Part shown: positions 29,087-43,116 of the stretch, in pieces
Layout of the letters: every line of letters starts with the position of its first letter
Numbering within the stretch: the first letter of the stretch is position 1
Origin: Octopus sinensis
Taxonomy: Eukaryota
DNA: 64,000 nt
Assembly: GCF_006345805.1 (NCBI RefSeq)
Contig: NC_043016.1
Location: forward strand, 12,090,001-12,154,000
Direction: 5' to 3'
Made by a program: the position numbers and the translations under genes
The notes under the pieces: generated by a model
Told to the model about the DNA's origin: nothing
What the model saw: only the letters and a program-made list of their open reading frames with translations
Databases searched by the model: none

Positions 29087-29254
29087 TAATTAGGGTTTAG
29101 CAAAACATTTGCTTCACCACATACCGAAATTTAGAAATAGCAGCCAAAACTAGCTATTTCTCTATATTTCTTATGGTAGAGAAATAGCTAGTTTTGGCTG
29201 CTATATCTAAATTTTGGTATGTGGCGAAGCAAATTTTTTGCTGAACCCTAATTA
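29087..29254. repeat. Hairpin element (78-bp arms) with a unique tail at 29586-29700; second copy at 32123-32310
   Basis: Arms 29087-29164 and 29177-29254. The tail resumes after a SINE insertion with an AATTA duplication. Confidence 0.75.
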
Positions 29255-30671
29255 GCGCCGCCTCAACTGGCTTCTGTGCCGGTGGCACATAAAAAGCACC
29301 ATCCGAACGTGCCGATGCCAGCGACGCCTTGGCTGGCTTCTGTGCCAGTGGCACGTTAAAAGCACCAACCGATCATGACTCCCCTGGCACCTGTGCAGGT
29401 GGCACGTAAAAAGCACCCACTACACTCACAGAGTGGTTGGCGTTAGGAAGGGCATCCAGCTGTAAAAACACTGCCAGACCAGACTGGAGCCTGGTGCAGC
29501 CTCCTGGCTTCTCAGACCCCGGTCGATCCGTCCAACCCGTGCTAGCGCGGAAAATGGACATTAAACGATGATGATGATGATGATGAATTATAAAAATATT
29601 TGTTTAAGTTTACTGATAACGGTTCTTTTAACATGCCAAACTACTTGGTAAAATTATTAATTATTAATTAATTAATTAATTTTACCCTTTATCATTATTG
29701 ATATATATATATATATATAGTTTTCTAATAGTTTTTATAGATTGATCTTCAATTGAACTTAGCAACTGTGTAAATTTGGATCCTGGACATTGTTATCATA
29801 TTGTTGTTTTAATGTTCCTGTTTTGTCTTACGTTGCCTTTTCAAAAATACTTTCACGCTGTTTTGTGTACGTTTATCATGAATGTCAAGATGAGCCGAAA
29901 GTAGGATTCTCAGGCTAAACAGGAAGGGCAACCGAACAATAAAAGTTTGTCATATATAAGAGTTGGTTAAAAAAATGTCTGAGGATGGGATTCAACTATT
30001 TTGGACAACAGGTAGGAGCCTCATCGGATAGTGTTACAGCCAGTCAAGTTTGATAAGGCAGGAATGCCAATCAATGAGTCTTTCCTCTTGATTATTTCTT
30101 AGATAATTAGATGATCAATTTAAGATGCTGTTAATGAATCTATCCCGTTATATATCCTTATACATACATACATCCTTATATATATATGCATATATACATA
30201 TGCATGTATATATCCTTATACATACATACATCCTTATATATATATGCATATATACATACACATATATATATATGCATGTATATATACATATATACATACA
30301 TACATATATGCATATATACATGCATACACACATATATATATATATGCATATATACATATGCATATATACATACATATTATATATATATTGCATACATATA
30401 CATATATACATACATACATATATACATACATATATATATATATATATTATATATATATTGCATACATATACATATACACATACATACATATATATATATT
30501 ATATATATATTGCATACATATACATATATACATACATACATATATATATTGCATACATATACATATATACATACATATTATATATATATTGCATACATAT
30601 ACATATATACATACATATACACACATATCCTCCCATATATACATGTGTGTGTGTTTGTATATATATATCCG

Positions 30672-31553
30672 CAGTGTGCAGTGAATATATTGTCGTCTAA
30701 ATTACATAAAAATGAAAATAACACTGACATCTCATTTTAACAGATATATTTAATCAAAATTACATAAAAATATCTTGAGTAAATTTATTCAATAAAATCA
30801 CCATTGGCTTCAACCACAGCCTCCAGACGACTTTGGAGTCTCCTGCAATTCTTCTGGATGGTCTCCTTGTTTAAGTGGGTGAATGCTGCCATAATCCTTT
30901 TCTTCAGCTCATCTTTGGTGTTACAAGGAATTTTGTTGGTTTCTTACTCAGCAGTATTCCACACATAATAATCAAGGGGGATGCAGTGTGGGGGGTTAGA
31001 CGGCCGGATGTTAGGGGTGATGCGGTTGCAGAAATTGTCTGACAGCCATGACTGGGTTCTCCTGCTTGTGTGACATGGTGCAGAGTCCAGTTGCCAGACA
31101 TAGGGCATTCCAGAAGCCACCTTCTTGACCCAGGGCAGCACTACCTCCTTCAAGAACTTGATGTAGGCCTCCATGTTGAGTCTGAGGCCATGTGGGATGA
31201 TGAATGGAGGCAAAATGTTGCTAAGACTAGTGATCACTCCAAACACCATAATGTTGATTGGATGTTTGATTTTGTATCACTCTCAATACATGTTTTGGGG
31301 ATGCAGTAAGCCAATGGTTTTTTTCTGTGTGTTCACAATCTGTTCATATTGGAGCATCCGGTGTGAATGCCAAGCAGTACAGCATGTTGTTTCCAAATTT
31401 CTAGCAGAGTGAATTGCATAATGTTGATGTTTTTCTCACAGATGGTGCCCAACTGACCCTACTATACAGTGTAGTCGACAAAATCATAAACAAACAATGC
31501 ATATGTGCGAAATTAAAAATATAAAATGACAACAATTTAACTATCGCACCCTG
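30672..31553 (-). mobile_element. Degenerate Tc1/mariner element related to the 12-kb relic
   Basis: YVWQLDSAPCHTSRRTQSWL..PLDYYVW motifs and degenerate TIRs (CAGGGTGCGATAG at the right end). Confidence 0.85.
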
Positions 31554-33691
31554 TGTATATATGTATATAGGTATGGCTGTGTGGCGAGAAGATTGCTTCC
31601 CAATTGCATGGTTCCAGGTTCAGTCCTACTGTGTGGCACCTTGGGCAAGTGTCTTTTACTATAGCCTTGGGCTGACCAAAGCCTTGTGAGTGGATTTGGT
31701 AGATGGAAACTGAAAGCCTGTCATATATTTTCTCTTTTTCTCTTTTTTACTTGTTTCAGTCATTTGACTGCGGCCATGCTGGAGCACCGCCTTTAATCGA
31801 GCAACTCGACCCCAGTACTTATTCTTTTGTAAGCCCAGTACTTATTCTATCGGTCTCTTTTGCTGAACCGCTAAGTAATGGGGACATAAACACACCAGCA
31901 TCGGTTGTCAAGCAATGCTAGGGGGACAAACACACACAAGCATATATATATATATATATATACGACGGGCTTCTTTCAGTTTCCGTCTACCAAATCCACT
32001 CACAAGGCTTTGGTCGGCCCGAAGCTATAGTAGAAGACACTTGCCCAAGGTGCCACGCAGTGGGACTGAACCCGGAACCATGTGGTTGGTAAACAAGCTA
32101 CTTGCCACACAGCCACTCCTGCTAATTAGGGTTCAGCAAAGATTTGCTTTACCACATACCGAAGTTTAGAAATAGCAGCCAAAGAACCCTAATTATAAAA
32201 TATTACTTAAGTTTACCGAGAAATGGCCCTTTTTCATGCCAAATTCTACTTGGTGAAATTATTGATTACTAGTTAATTAAATAGTTTTACCTTTTGTTAT
32301 TATTGATAATATAATTTTGTATGTATGTATATATGTGTGTGTGTATATACATATATATATATAATGCACACGTGCAGATGAAGCATTCCTGTCATGACCA
32401 TCCTGTATTTTTTTTTTTATTTCTAACTAAATACTCTGGACTACTTTATTTACTGTATCCTGTTTCGTTCTTTATTTTTCCCTTAAGAAATTTAGATATA
32501 TTTTGAGGGAGATTCCACTGCTAAACCTATTAGAGGCTCTCTCTCAGATCTCAACAACAGAAAAAGTTAACCTTTTTGTTACCATATTTCTTTTGAAATG
32601 CATTATCTGTTTTTCGACCGTTTTTTAAAATTGGTGAATTTAGTTGAATAGTTTTGTGATTATTAAGCAGAGGTTTTGAATATAAATTAATATGAAATTT
32701 TGAAGAAAGGCTTTAAATAAACCAGTTTTATAGCAGGGAGTTTGTATATAATTGAATCAGGGGTAGTCTTGAGTGGGTTGGTATCAAAATGGTGGGCTAC
32801 TAAGGACCACATGGTCATAAGTTCTAGACTTATTGAACCTGTTGATATTGTACTGTTCTCCTGATCAAGGTACATAACTCTGCTGATTCTGGTCTGCTTG
32901 ATCAGAATTATTTGTGTGTGAAAGTAAACTCAGGGGAATTTAGATCAGATGCAAGGTAGACATCAAAATAAGAGTAGAGTCCTTTTATTCATTTATTTTA
33001 TTTGTGTATTTTAAACTTTTATTTAGCCCAAAGATGACCGGTGTCAGTGGTTCCTTGCAGCCCTCTCAGACATGTTAGATTAACATAGTAGCACGTTCAG
33101 TTTTAACTTGTGCAATTTTTACCTTCCTGTCTTTTATTTGTTCCAGTCATTGGACTGCGGCCATGCTGGGGCATTGCCTTGAAGAATTTTTAGCCTGGTA
33201 CTTATTCTACATGTCTCTTCTGCTGATATCAGTCGTCAAGCAGTGGTGGGGGGCAAACAGACACAAAGACACACACACACATGACAAGGTTCTTTCAGTT
33301 TCTGTCTACCAAATCCACTTGCAAGGCTTTGGTTAGCCTAAGGCTTTAGTAGAAGACACTTGCCCTAAGTGCCACACAGTAGGACTGAACTCCGAACCAT
33401 GTGGTTGGGAAGTAAGCTACTTACCACACAGCCACGTCTGCACTACAAGTTAGTGTTTTACCCTCAAAACAACCCAGATAGATGAAGCAAACTTATGATT
33501 AAATGTAATCCAACCATGACCAAATCATCTTTTTAGAGGTTATGTCTAATACTTCATTATGTTTAATGAGTTACTTTTTTAAAATTAAACATGATAGGTC
33601 ATGCTTTGATGGAGATTTGACTATTACTTCTACCAGGTCTAGTGACCACATACAGACTCTCACATTGGCTCATACATATACATATATATAT

Positions 33692-33736
<45 letters not shown>

Positions 33737-33959
33737 ATGCTGATTAGATGTGAGTTGAGGAAAAAAAAATGTTGGCTACTATTTCTAGCAGTTCTTGCGA
33801 CCACATAGTCTCCTCAAAGCCTAATGAGAGACATAGGTAGAGGGAAAGGTGATACAGAGCAGACTAGAGTTACAGTTGTTGTGGAAGAAAGATTGGGTAA
33901 AACAATTATTTAGGGTGGAATTTAAATAATGTGACATTGTGCAAATGACAATGTAATAA

Positions 33960-34192
33960 CAATGAACTTATTGTATACAGTGCTCAGAAAATGTAGCCGA
34001 AAACTGCATGAACTGCACATAGAATATGCACAGGAAGTGAACCGTGAAAAAGTCTTCAAAAACAAAAAAAAAATGGGGGTGAAGTGCATCAGATGTACTG
34101 TTGACGAATTTCAGGGAGCATGGAAGTTTTGAACGATGTAGTGTCTCGACAGCTAACAACTGATGCAGGTAGTTCATTCCATGCCTCAGGGA
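33960..34192 (-). mobile_element. CR1 LINE 3' end; related 3' ends at 17652-17698 (+) and 36331-36415 (-)
   Basis: AWNELPASVVSCRDTTSFK motif; shared terminus CTGAGCACTGTA(T/C)ACAAT followed by (ATT)n-like sequence. Confidence 0.7.
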
Positions 34193-37100
34193 AAGGGTGG
34201 TGCCTGGAGGAAGAAACTGGGACAGTGATACAACACAGCTGGCTAGTTCGGTGACACAGGGACAGCAGTAGAAGAGACACAAGGGAGATAAAAGAGTGCT
34301 AGTGAATAAGGGGAATAGTTAGTGTTTAGCCCTAGGTCAGTCATAATCAAAGGCATTCCAACTATGACAATCCTGCCTTCTTTTTCCTGTTTCAAGGAAG
34401 ACTTGGTAACATCTCCCAGTATCCTTCTCGAAAACAGTGTGATTTGAGAAAGATTTGACTGCTATTTCTAGCAACCACAGAGTCACTTTTATTGATACAT
34501 AGTGGCTGTAGTATATTGATGACATAATGGTCATGATTGAAACTTGAGAAAAAATCAAGAAGCTAATCCCAGTTTGGGACTTGTGGGTTTGACAATGTCA
34601 CACAGATGGTGTTTCCTTGTACCAAGTAAGTGACTCAATTTCTCACACTTCATGGAAGGGGGTGAAGTGATTTTTACACAATTACTTGACTTCCTAGAAA
34701 TGCCAGATAATTCTTCTTTATGTCATCTTTTATCTTTTCCTTGTTTCAGTCATTGGACTATGGCTATACTGGGGTACTGCCTCTAAGAATTTTTTAGTTG
34801 AATGAAGTGACTTCAGTACTTACTCTATCGGTTTCTTTGGCTGAACTGCTAAGTTACAGAGACATAAACATCACAATACTGGTTGTCAAGCGGTGTGTGT
34901 GTGACAAACACAGACACACACACATATATGATGGGCTTCTTTTAGTTTCTGTCTCTCAAATCCACTCAAGGCTTTCCTTGGCCCGAGACTATAATGGTAG
35001 ATACTTACCCAAGGTGCCATGCAGTGGGACTGAACCAGGAACCCTATGGTTTGGAAACAAGCTTCTTACCACACAGCAATGCGTGTGCCAAACATCTCAT
35101 GTGAAGAAAGGATAAGTTAGATAATGTAGTCTTAAATAAATAAAATGGTATAATTAAACTGGAATGGCTAAATAGCTGGCTTTTGCCTTACTTTTTTCCT
35201 TCAATTTTTCATTATAAGCACAGTCATGGCTTTGTGGTTAAGAAGTTTACTTCCCAACCATATGGTCTTGCATTCAGTCCTACTGCATGGCACCAAAGCC
35301 TTGTGAGTTGATTTAGTAAATGGAAACTGAAAGAAGCCCATCATATATATATGTGTGTGTGAGTGTGCGTTTCTCCCCTACTACCACTTGACAACTGGTG
35401 TTGGTGTGTTTACGTCCCTGTAACTCAGCAGTTCAGCAGAAAGAGATCAGTAGAATAAGTAGATACCAAGCTTAAAAATAAAAAGTGTATCTGTTCATTC
35501 ACATATTACTCTTTACTCTTTTACTTATTTCAGTAATTTGACTGCGGCCATGCTGGAGCACCGCCTTTTAATCGAGCAAATCGACCCCGGGACTTATTCT
35601 TTTGTAAGCCCAGCACTTATTCTATCGGGCTCTTTTGCCGAACCGCTAAGTTACGGAGACGTAAACACACCAGCATCGGTTGTCAAGCAATGCTAGGGGG
35701 ACAAACACAGACACACAAACATACACGCACATACATATATATACATATATATACATATATATGATGGGCTTCTTTCAGTTTCCGTCTACCAAATCCACTC
35801 ACAAGGCTTTGGTCGGCCCGAAGGCTATGGTAGAAGACACTTGCCCAAGGTGCCACACAGTGGGACTGAACCCGGAACCATGTGGTTGGTAAACAAGCTA
35901 CTTACCACACAGCCACTCCTGCACCTGTTATTGTATTGTTATTTATACACAAATATGTACAAATAACCTGGTGTAGGACTCAATACAGTAATCCCTTGCT
36001 ATATCGTGGTTTATCAAGCTTACGTCGATTCCTCCGTGATGTTGTTTTGCATTTATAATAAAATAAATATATACAAATTATGAAAAAAAATAAAACAAAA
36101 AGTGGAGGAGGAGATTGGGAGGGTTGGTTTGGAAGAGGAGGATGCCCAAAACTGGGTAAGATGGCGGAGATTGTAGGAGGGCAGTGGCTATGGCACTGAG
36201 GTAGATCTGGCCACCCCCATTAACGGGGACAAAAACTGGATTTAAAACACTGGATGATGATGATGGATGTATGTATGTGTGCATGTGTACCTTTGTATAT
36301 ATATATATAAATATATATATATATATTAAATAATAATAATAATAATAATAATAAAACATTGTGTACAGTGCTCAGATGCACTACAACTCATCTAAAGTGT
36401 ATGTATAATCAGGTATATATATATATATAATATATACACATACACACACACACACACACATTAATGAATGTATTATTTTATGTGACTGCATGTGAATAAG
36501 CAAATACATGTTATGTAAAATACAAGTAAAATTCTTTAACTTGTTCCAGTCATTTGACTGCAGCCATGCTGGAGCACCGCCTTTAGTCAAGCAAATCGAC
36601 CCCAGGACTTATTCTTTGTAAGCCTAGTACTTATTCTTTTGGTCTTTTTTGCTGAACTGCTAAGTTACGGGGATGTAAACACACCGGCATCGGTTGTCAA
36701 GCGATGTTGGGGGGACATACACAGACACACAAACATATATATATATACGATGGGCCTCTTACAGTTTCTGTCTACCAAGTCCACTGACAAGGCTTTGGTC
36801 GGCCCGAGACTATAGTAGAAAGCACTTGCCCACGGTTCCACACAGTGGGACTGAACCTGTAACCATGTGGTTAGTAAGCAAGCTACTTACCACACAGCCA
36901 CTCCTGTGCCTATGAAACATCTATTAAATCACTATGTATATACATACATACAAACGTACGTACGTACATACATGCAGTTTTGAGGTTACTATTGTTACTC
37001 TGAGTTTCACAAATCTTCACCAGTCCCGAAACTAAAAGCAGCACTACAAAGCACAATAGACAAATATTCATGAAATGTTTGGGCCACTTCTGCTCAAAAC

Positions 37101-37412
37101 AAAGAAGGCAGTCTTGATGAAAAATGGAGAAGATTTATAATGAAAATAACATGCACTTCTAGCAACTGAAAAGAAGAGGAAAAAAGGGAAAGCAAAAAAA
37201 AAACTAGTAAGTAATAAAAGAATACAAACACACATTCATATAAAATAGGACTTATAAACATTTAAATGTACAGACACACAGATATGCATCTACATATGTC
37301 TGCGTAATTAGGAACTTTGCTTTTCAACCATTTGGGTTCTAGGTTCAATCCCACTGTATCTAAGTGGATTTGATAAAAGCTAGAAGTAGACATTGATATG
37401 TCTACTTTTAGC

Positions 37413-37501
<89 letters not shown>

Positions 37502-38968
37502 TATATATATAGACATATATATATATGTATAATGAGTCTACAAAACTTTAAGCAGCACAGAGTTGAATCAAACTGTTATGGTGTGGCTGTGTGGTAAGTA
37601 GCTTGTCTACCAACCACATGGTTCCGGGTCCAGTCCCACTGTGTGGCACTTTGGACAAGTGTCTTCTACTATAGCCTCGAGCTGACCAAAGCCTTGTGAG
37701 TGGATTTGGTAGATGGAAACTAAAAGAAGCCCATCGTATATGTATATGTAACTATATGTGTGTGTCCTTGTATCTGTGTTTGCCACTCATCACTACTTGA
37801 CAACTGGTATTGGTGGTGTCAAAAGGCGGCGAGCTGGCAGAAACGTTAGCATGCCAGGCGAAATGTGTAGCTGTATTTCGTGAGTTCAAATTCCACCGGG
37901 GTCAACTTTGCCTTTCATCCTTTCGGGGTTGATAAATTAAGTACCAGTTACGCACTGGGGTCGATGTAATCGACTTAATACCTATGTCTGTCCTTGTTTG
38001 TCCCCTCTATGTTTAGCCCCTTGTAGGTAAAGAAATAGGTTTTGGTGTGTTTACGTCCCCATAACTTAGCAGTTCAGCAAAAGAGACTGATACAATAAGT
38101 ACTAGGCTTAAAAAATAAGTCCTGGGGTCGTATTGTTTCAACTAAAACCCTTCAAGTGTAGGAATGGCTGTGTGGTAAGAAGCTTGCTTCACAACCAAAT
38201 AGCTCTGGGTTCATTCTTACTGCATGTCACCTTGGACCACTAGTGTGGTGGGAAGGGGGGGACTTTTAAAGGGGCATCACATTTGGGTCTGCTGTAGGCA
38301 ATATGTGTTTCTTGTGGGGTCTGTGGGATGGCAAACAGAAGGGCCACCCAGGGTGGCATACTAGCTACACTAGTGCCTTGGACAAGTGTCTGATACTATA
38401 GCCGTAGGCTGAGCAAAGCCTTGTCAGTGAATTCGGTAGGCAGAAATTGAAAGAAGCCCATTATGTGAGTGTGTATGTCCCATCATAGTTTGACAACTGG
38501 TGTTTATGTCCTCATAACCCAGCAGTTCAGCAAGAGAGACTGATAGAAAAAATACCAGGCTTAAAAATTGGTTTGACTAAAATTCTTCAAGGTGGTGCTC
38601 CAGCATGGCCACAGTTTAATGACTGAAATAAGTAACAGATAAAAGACAAAAGATACACACACACACACTCATGCAATCTTTATTTTATGTCCACTTGTCA
38701 TGTTGTCAGGGGTAGTATGATTTAGCAGGATTCAATATGTCAGAGAATCACAAGTTCTTTCAAAGGCTCGTTATTGGTATGGTATCTATGGCTGCCCCTC
38801 CTAATGCCAACCACATTTACAGAATGGAGTGCATACAATTTTTATAGCACCATCACAGTAGAGGTTGCCTTACCATCAGCAAGACTAAAGAGCTCTCTCA
38901 AGTAATGCAGTATAGCTGTTTGCATCAATTGAATGTACTAAGCACTTCTTGTAGTACCAGTATTGTAC

Positions 38969-39348
38969 GGAGGCGCAATGGCCCAGTGGTTAGGGCAGCG
39001 GACACGCGGTCATAGGATTGCGGTTTCAATTCCCAGACCAGGCGTTGTGAGTGTTTATTGAGCAAAAACACCTAAAGCTCCACGAGGCTCCGGCAGGGAT
39101 GGTGGTGATCCCTGCTGTACTCTTCACCACAAACTTTCTCTCACTTTTACTTCCTGTTTCTGTTGTACCTGTATTTCAAAGGGCCGGCCTTATCACTCTC
39201 TGTGTCACGCTGAATATCCCCGAGAACTATGTTAGGGTACACTGTCTGTGTGAGTGCTCAGCCACTTACACGTTAATTTCACGAGCAGGCTGTTCCGTTG
39301 ATTTGGATCAACCGGAACCCTCATCGTCGTAACCAATGGAGTGCTTCC
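38969..39348 (+). mobile_element. tRNA-Arg-like-headed SINE (resembles the octopus OR class); older copy at about 46470-46790(-)
   Basis: Head GGAGGCGCAATGGCCCAGTGGTTAGGGCAGCGGAC and TSD ACCAGTATTGT. Confidence 0.85.
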
Positions 39349-40848
39349 ATTTTCCACCAGTATTGTTGGGGGACACCTTACAGTTTGCAAAGTGTAAGGA
39401 AGTACCCCATGACAGATGGACCAAAGTTACTGTAAGAGGATGGTAATAGAGAACAACAGAGGGAACAATGTTGAGAGTGGGAGTAGAGGAGACAGAGGAG
39501 GGGGAGAAGGAAGGAGTCAGAATGAAATGGTAACAGGATGGGTTGAATAGGTAAACCCAGTGATGGGGTGGGTCAGTCTCTCTGCCATGCAATAAGTTTG
39601 TTTTTATTGGAATTAGAGATTTAGTATTGCAAGATAGGGTTGAGACAATCTTAGGAGTGGAGGTCATAGGAGTAATAGGAAAAGTATCATCAGAGGGTTA
39701 GTGAAAGAGTGTTAGAGTGATAAAACAGTGTGGAGCGTTGAAGAGTTATATTATATATTATGCTTGGCACCTTGCTATACTCAAGAAGACCCATGCTCCG
39801 CAGCAGAAGTGTTAAGGCTGGTTTTTCCCTGGGGGTGAGGATTGACCTGTAAGAGTCCTGTGCTGGTGCCATGTAGGACACACTTGTACCAGTGGTACAT
39901 AGATGCACCAGCACACACTGTATAATTGGCTAGCATTAGGAAGGGCATCCAGCTGTAGAAACCAACCCAAGTCAGACAGGAATCTAGTGCAACTCTCCAG
40001 TTTGTTAGCTTTGGTCAAACCATCCAACCCATGTCAGCATGGTTCTTTCAAAGGCTCGTTATTGGTATGGTATCTATGGCTGCCCCTCCTAATGCCAACC
40101 ACATTTACAAACTGGAGTGCATACAATTTTTATAGCACCATCACAGTAGAGGTTGCCTTACCATCAGCAAGACTAAAGAGCTCTCTCAAGTAATGCAGTA
40201 TAGCTGTTTGCATAGATGTTAAATGATGATGATTGGGTGGTTAAAATGAGGGTGAAAGCGAGTAATAGGAGGGAAAGAGAAAAGTGCCTAGGATTGGATG
40301 ATGGGTTGGGTAGGAGATGATACAGTCCTATCCCACATGTATATGGTTAGGTAGAGTGGTGCAGGTAAGATGACAACAAAGATCCAGAGTATATCCTCAT
40401 ATTAATATTTCCAAGAGAGAATGATAACAGTGGAGTTAGAATCAGTGGGATGTCAGCATGCAATTTCTTCCTAACCTAGCATAACTTATAATTTGGAGAG
40501 AAGGAGCAAAAGTAAGACGGAGGTGTGGGGTGGAGAGAGATATATTAAATACACCCAAATCAAGTATTTTCCTCTCAGCTATGGGCATGGCAATGGTGAG
40601 TAGAAGAGAGAATGGAGAGGGTGTTAAATATAAGAAAGCCATTTATTGTGGAAAGAAAATAACCCAAAAAACAATATACAAATGGAAACATTATTTCTAT
40701 GCTTTTGATATGCAGATTCATCCTGTGTTATTCATAAGATATATATTTGTTATATGTCCCTTTATATATAAAATACATACATACAATCATACATACATAT
40801 ATTGGCAATGTCCCAGCATGGCCACAGCTTGTGAGCTGAAACTAGATT

Positions 40849-40879
<31 letters not shown>

Positions 40880-40883
<4 letters not shown>

Positions 40884-41157
40884 GAAGGTTTGGAGATGAT
40901 GTACAGGTATTATATATTAGAAGAAATGAGGTACTCAGAAAATCGGATGGTTTTATATTTTTACAGATATTTATTTGTATATTACATTTTTTATACATCA
41001 TATAACTTAGATCATGTATTAGCGCTTTCTCCCACTAGAATGGGAGAAAGTGCTAATACATGATCTAAGTTATATGATGTATAAGAAATGTAATATACAA
41101 ATAAATATCTGTAAAAATATAAAACCATCCGATTTTCTGAGTACCTCATTTCTTCTA

Positions 41158-41164
<7 letters not shown>
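40880..41164. repeat. Near-perfect palindrome (124-bp arms, 6-nt loop) inserted in (TA)n
   Basis: 40911-41034 is the reverse complement of 41041-41164 with 2 mismatches. Confidence 0.9.
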
Positions 41165-41190
<26 letters not shown>

Positions 41191-41720
41191 TACACACAGG
41201 AATATATAGGAACGTACTGACACATATATTTATGCATACACATTAAGGCTTGCATGACATACAATTTATATATAATACATATAATATAATGCATTATATA
41301 ATTCATATTGTATGATATAATGCTTCAATAATAGTTTTTTCATAAAGAATGCGCACTTAGTTCTGAGGTAGGTAACAATCAGATCCAGAATGTGTCATAA
41401 ATACTGTGCTTTGTAACAAACAGCACTTTGCTGCATGATCAGTGAAGCATCACAAAAGTTGGGTGTAAGCTCACGAAACTTGGGTGTAATCAACAGAGCA
41501 AAATCTCTTTAACCTTTTGTTTGTAAATTCAAAACAAATGTGTGCACATAAATATATTTTAGATGTATACATTCACACACACATATATATATATATATAT
41601 AATTATATATACACAGGTAGATAGATAGATAGATAGATATGCATATAGATTAGCCAACTTGTATTAGGCTTCTTAGAAGCGTAAACAACAATGCTGCCGC
41701 TATTTATTGAAAGCATCATA

Positions 41721-42639
41721 TTGGGTCATCTCATAAATAATGCGGTTTTTCAATTGCATGAACTAAAAGTTGGAGGGGGACGTGATAAACTACCTGCTTC
41801 AACTTGCTAGAAAAGCAGGTAGTAATTTTACTTTGATTTATTCTTATTGTAAGTTTTGAAGAGTGCAGTTCGATTTTAACAGTTATTTTTCCAAAGCTAT
41901 AATGGAAGTGATAATGGAGCATATTCGGTGTACTTTGCTTTATGAGTTTAATAAAGGTAACAAAGCAACAGAAAGTATGAGGAATATTAATGCAGTATAT
42001 TGGGGTTTGGACAATAAGCAGAACCCAATGTCAACAGTGGTTCCAGAAATTCTGAGCCAGAAACAACAGCCTAGGAGACAAGCCTTGTCCTGGATGATCC
42101 ATAGAGCTTGATGAGGATGTTTTGCAAACCCTGGTGGAACAAAATCCCATCATAATTGTTGAGGAACTAGCAGAGAAGCTTGGATTAAGTCATTCAACCA
42201 TTCATCGACATCTGCTTTAGAAGAAAAATGACCAACTTTTGTTTCAAGACAAAAGGTGCTCTTCCATCAGGATAATGCTCAGCCACATACAGCGAGGATG
42301 ATATTCTGAAGGCCGGAGCAGTTTGAATGGGAAACGTTGCCCCACCCACCATATTCGCTAGACATTGCCCCATTTGATCATCATTTATTCCACAGTCTTC
42401 AAAATCATTTGGACAGAAAAAATATGAATTCTATAGATGAAGTCAGAACGGTATGGGAGGAGTTTTTCTTCACAGACAAGTGAATTTTGGAAGAAGGGCC
42501 TTGCAAGCCTATCACACAGATGGAAGAGCATTGTAGAAAATGAAGGAGAATATATTTTACATTAAAAAAGACATTTGTTTATCTTAATTTTGAAAAATAA
42601 AAGAATAAAAAAAACCATATTATTTATGGGATGACTCAA
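41721..42639 (+). mobile_element. Internally deleted mariner element
   Basis: TIRs TTGGGTCATCTCATAAATAA / TTATTTATGGGATGACTCAA with TA TSD. MEHIRCTLLYEF HTH start, HQDNAQPH and PPYSLDIAPFD motifs, frameshifts. Confidence 0.9.
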
Positions 42640-43040
42640 TATATCATCATCATCATTTAATGTTTGTCTTCCATGGGTTGGATAATTTTACAGGAACTGG
42701 CAAGCCAAAGGAATGTACCAGGTTCCACTGTCTGTTTTAGCATGATTTTTAGAGTGGACTGGGTAATCTTTATGTGCATCAACACTAGCAAGATCTATTT
42801 GGCGTAGCCTTCGTGGCCGGATGCCCATCTTAATGACAGCCACTTTACAGAGTAGTAATTTTATATACAGGGAGACATTTTGTGGAATCCTGTTTAAAGC
42901 CTGTTTGCAGTATTTGACAACCAGATGTTATCGACTGTATGGATTTAAATGCCACCGGGTTTACTTCAAGAATTCCTTTTGTGTTTGTAGAGTTTATAAA
43001 ATACGAGGGAAAGAAAATGGAATTCACAAGACTCTCTATT

Positions 43041-43116
43041 AGTCACTACAACCGTTTCAACCCTTGATACACTGTTGTGGTGCATCAAATGTACAGATAT
43101 ATCTCGTCAGGTGACT
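43041..43116 (-). ncRNA. Type I hammerhead ribozyme motif
   Basis: Stem I AGTCAC/GTGACT, core CTGACGA, long stem II containing TTGATGCAC/GTGTATCAA, GAAA, stem III AC-GGTT-GT, GTA triplet. Confidence 0.68.

Noticed and set aside
38969-39045. tRNA-Arg gene
   Set aside because: It is the head of a SINE, with body and TSD, and has an incomplete cloverleaf.
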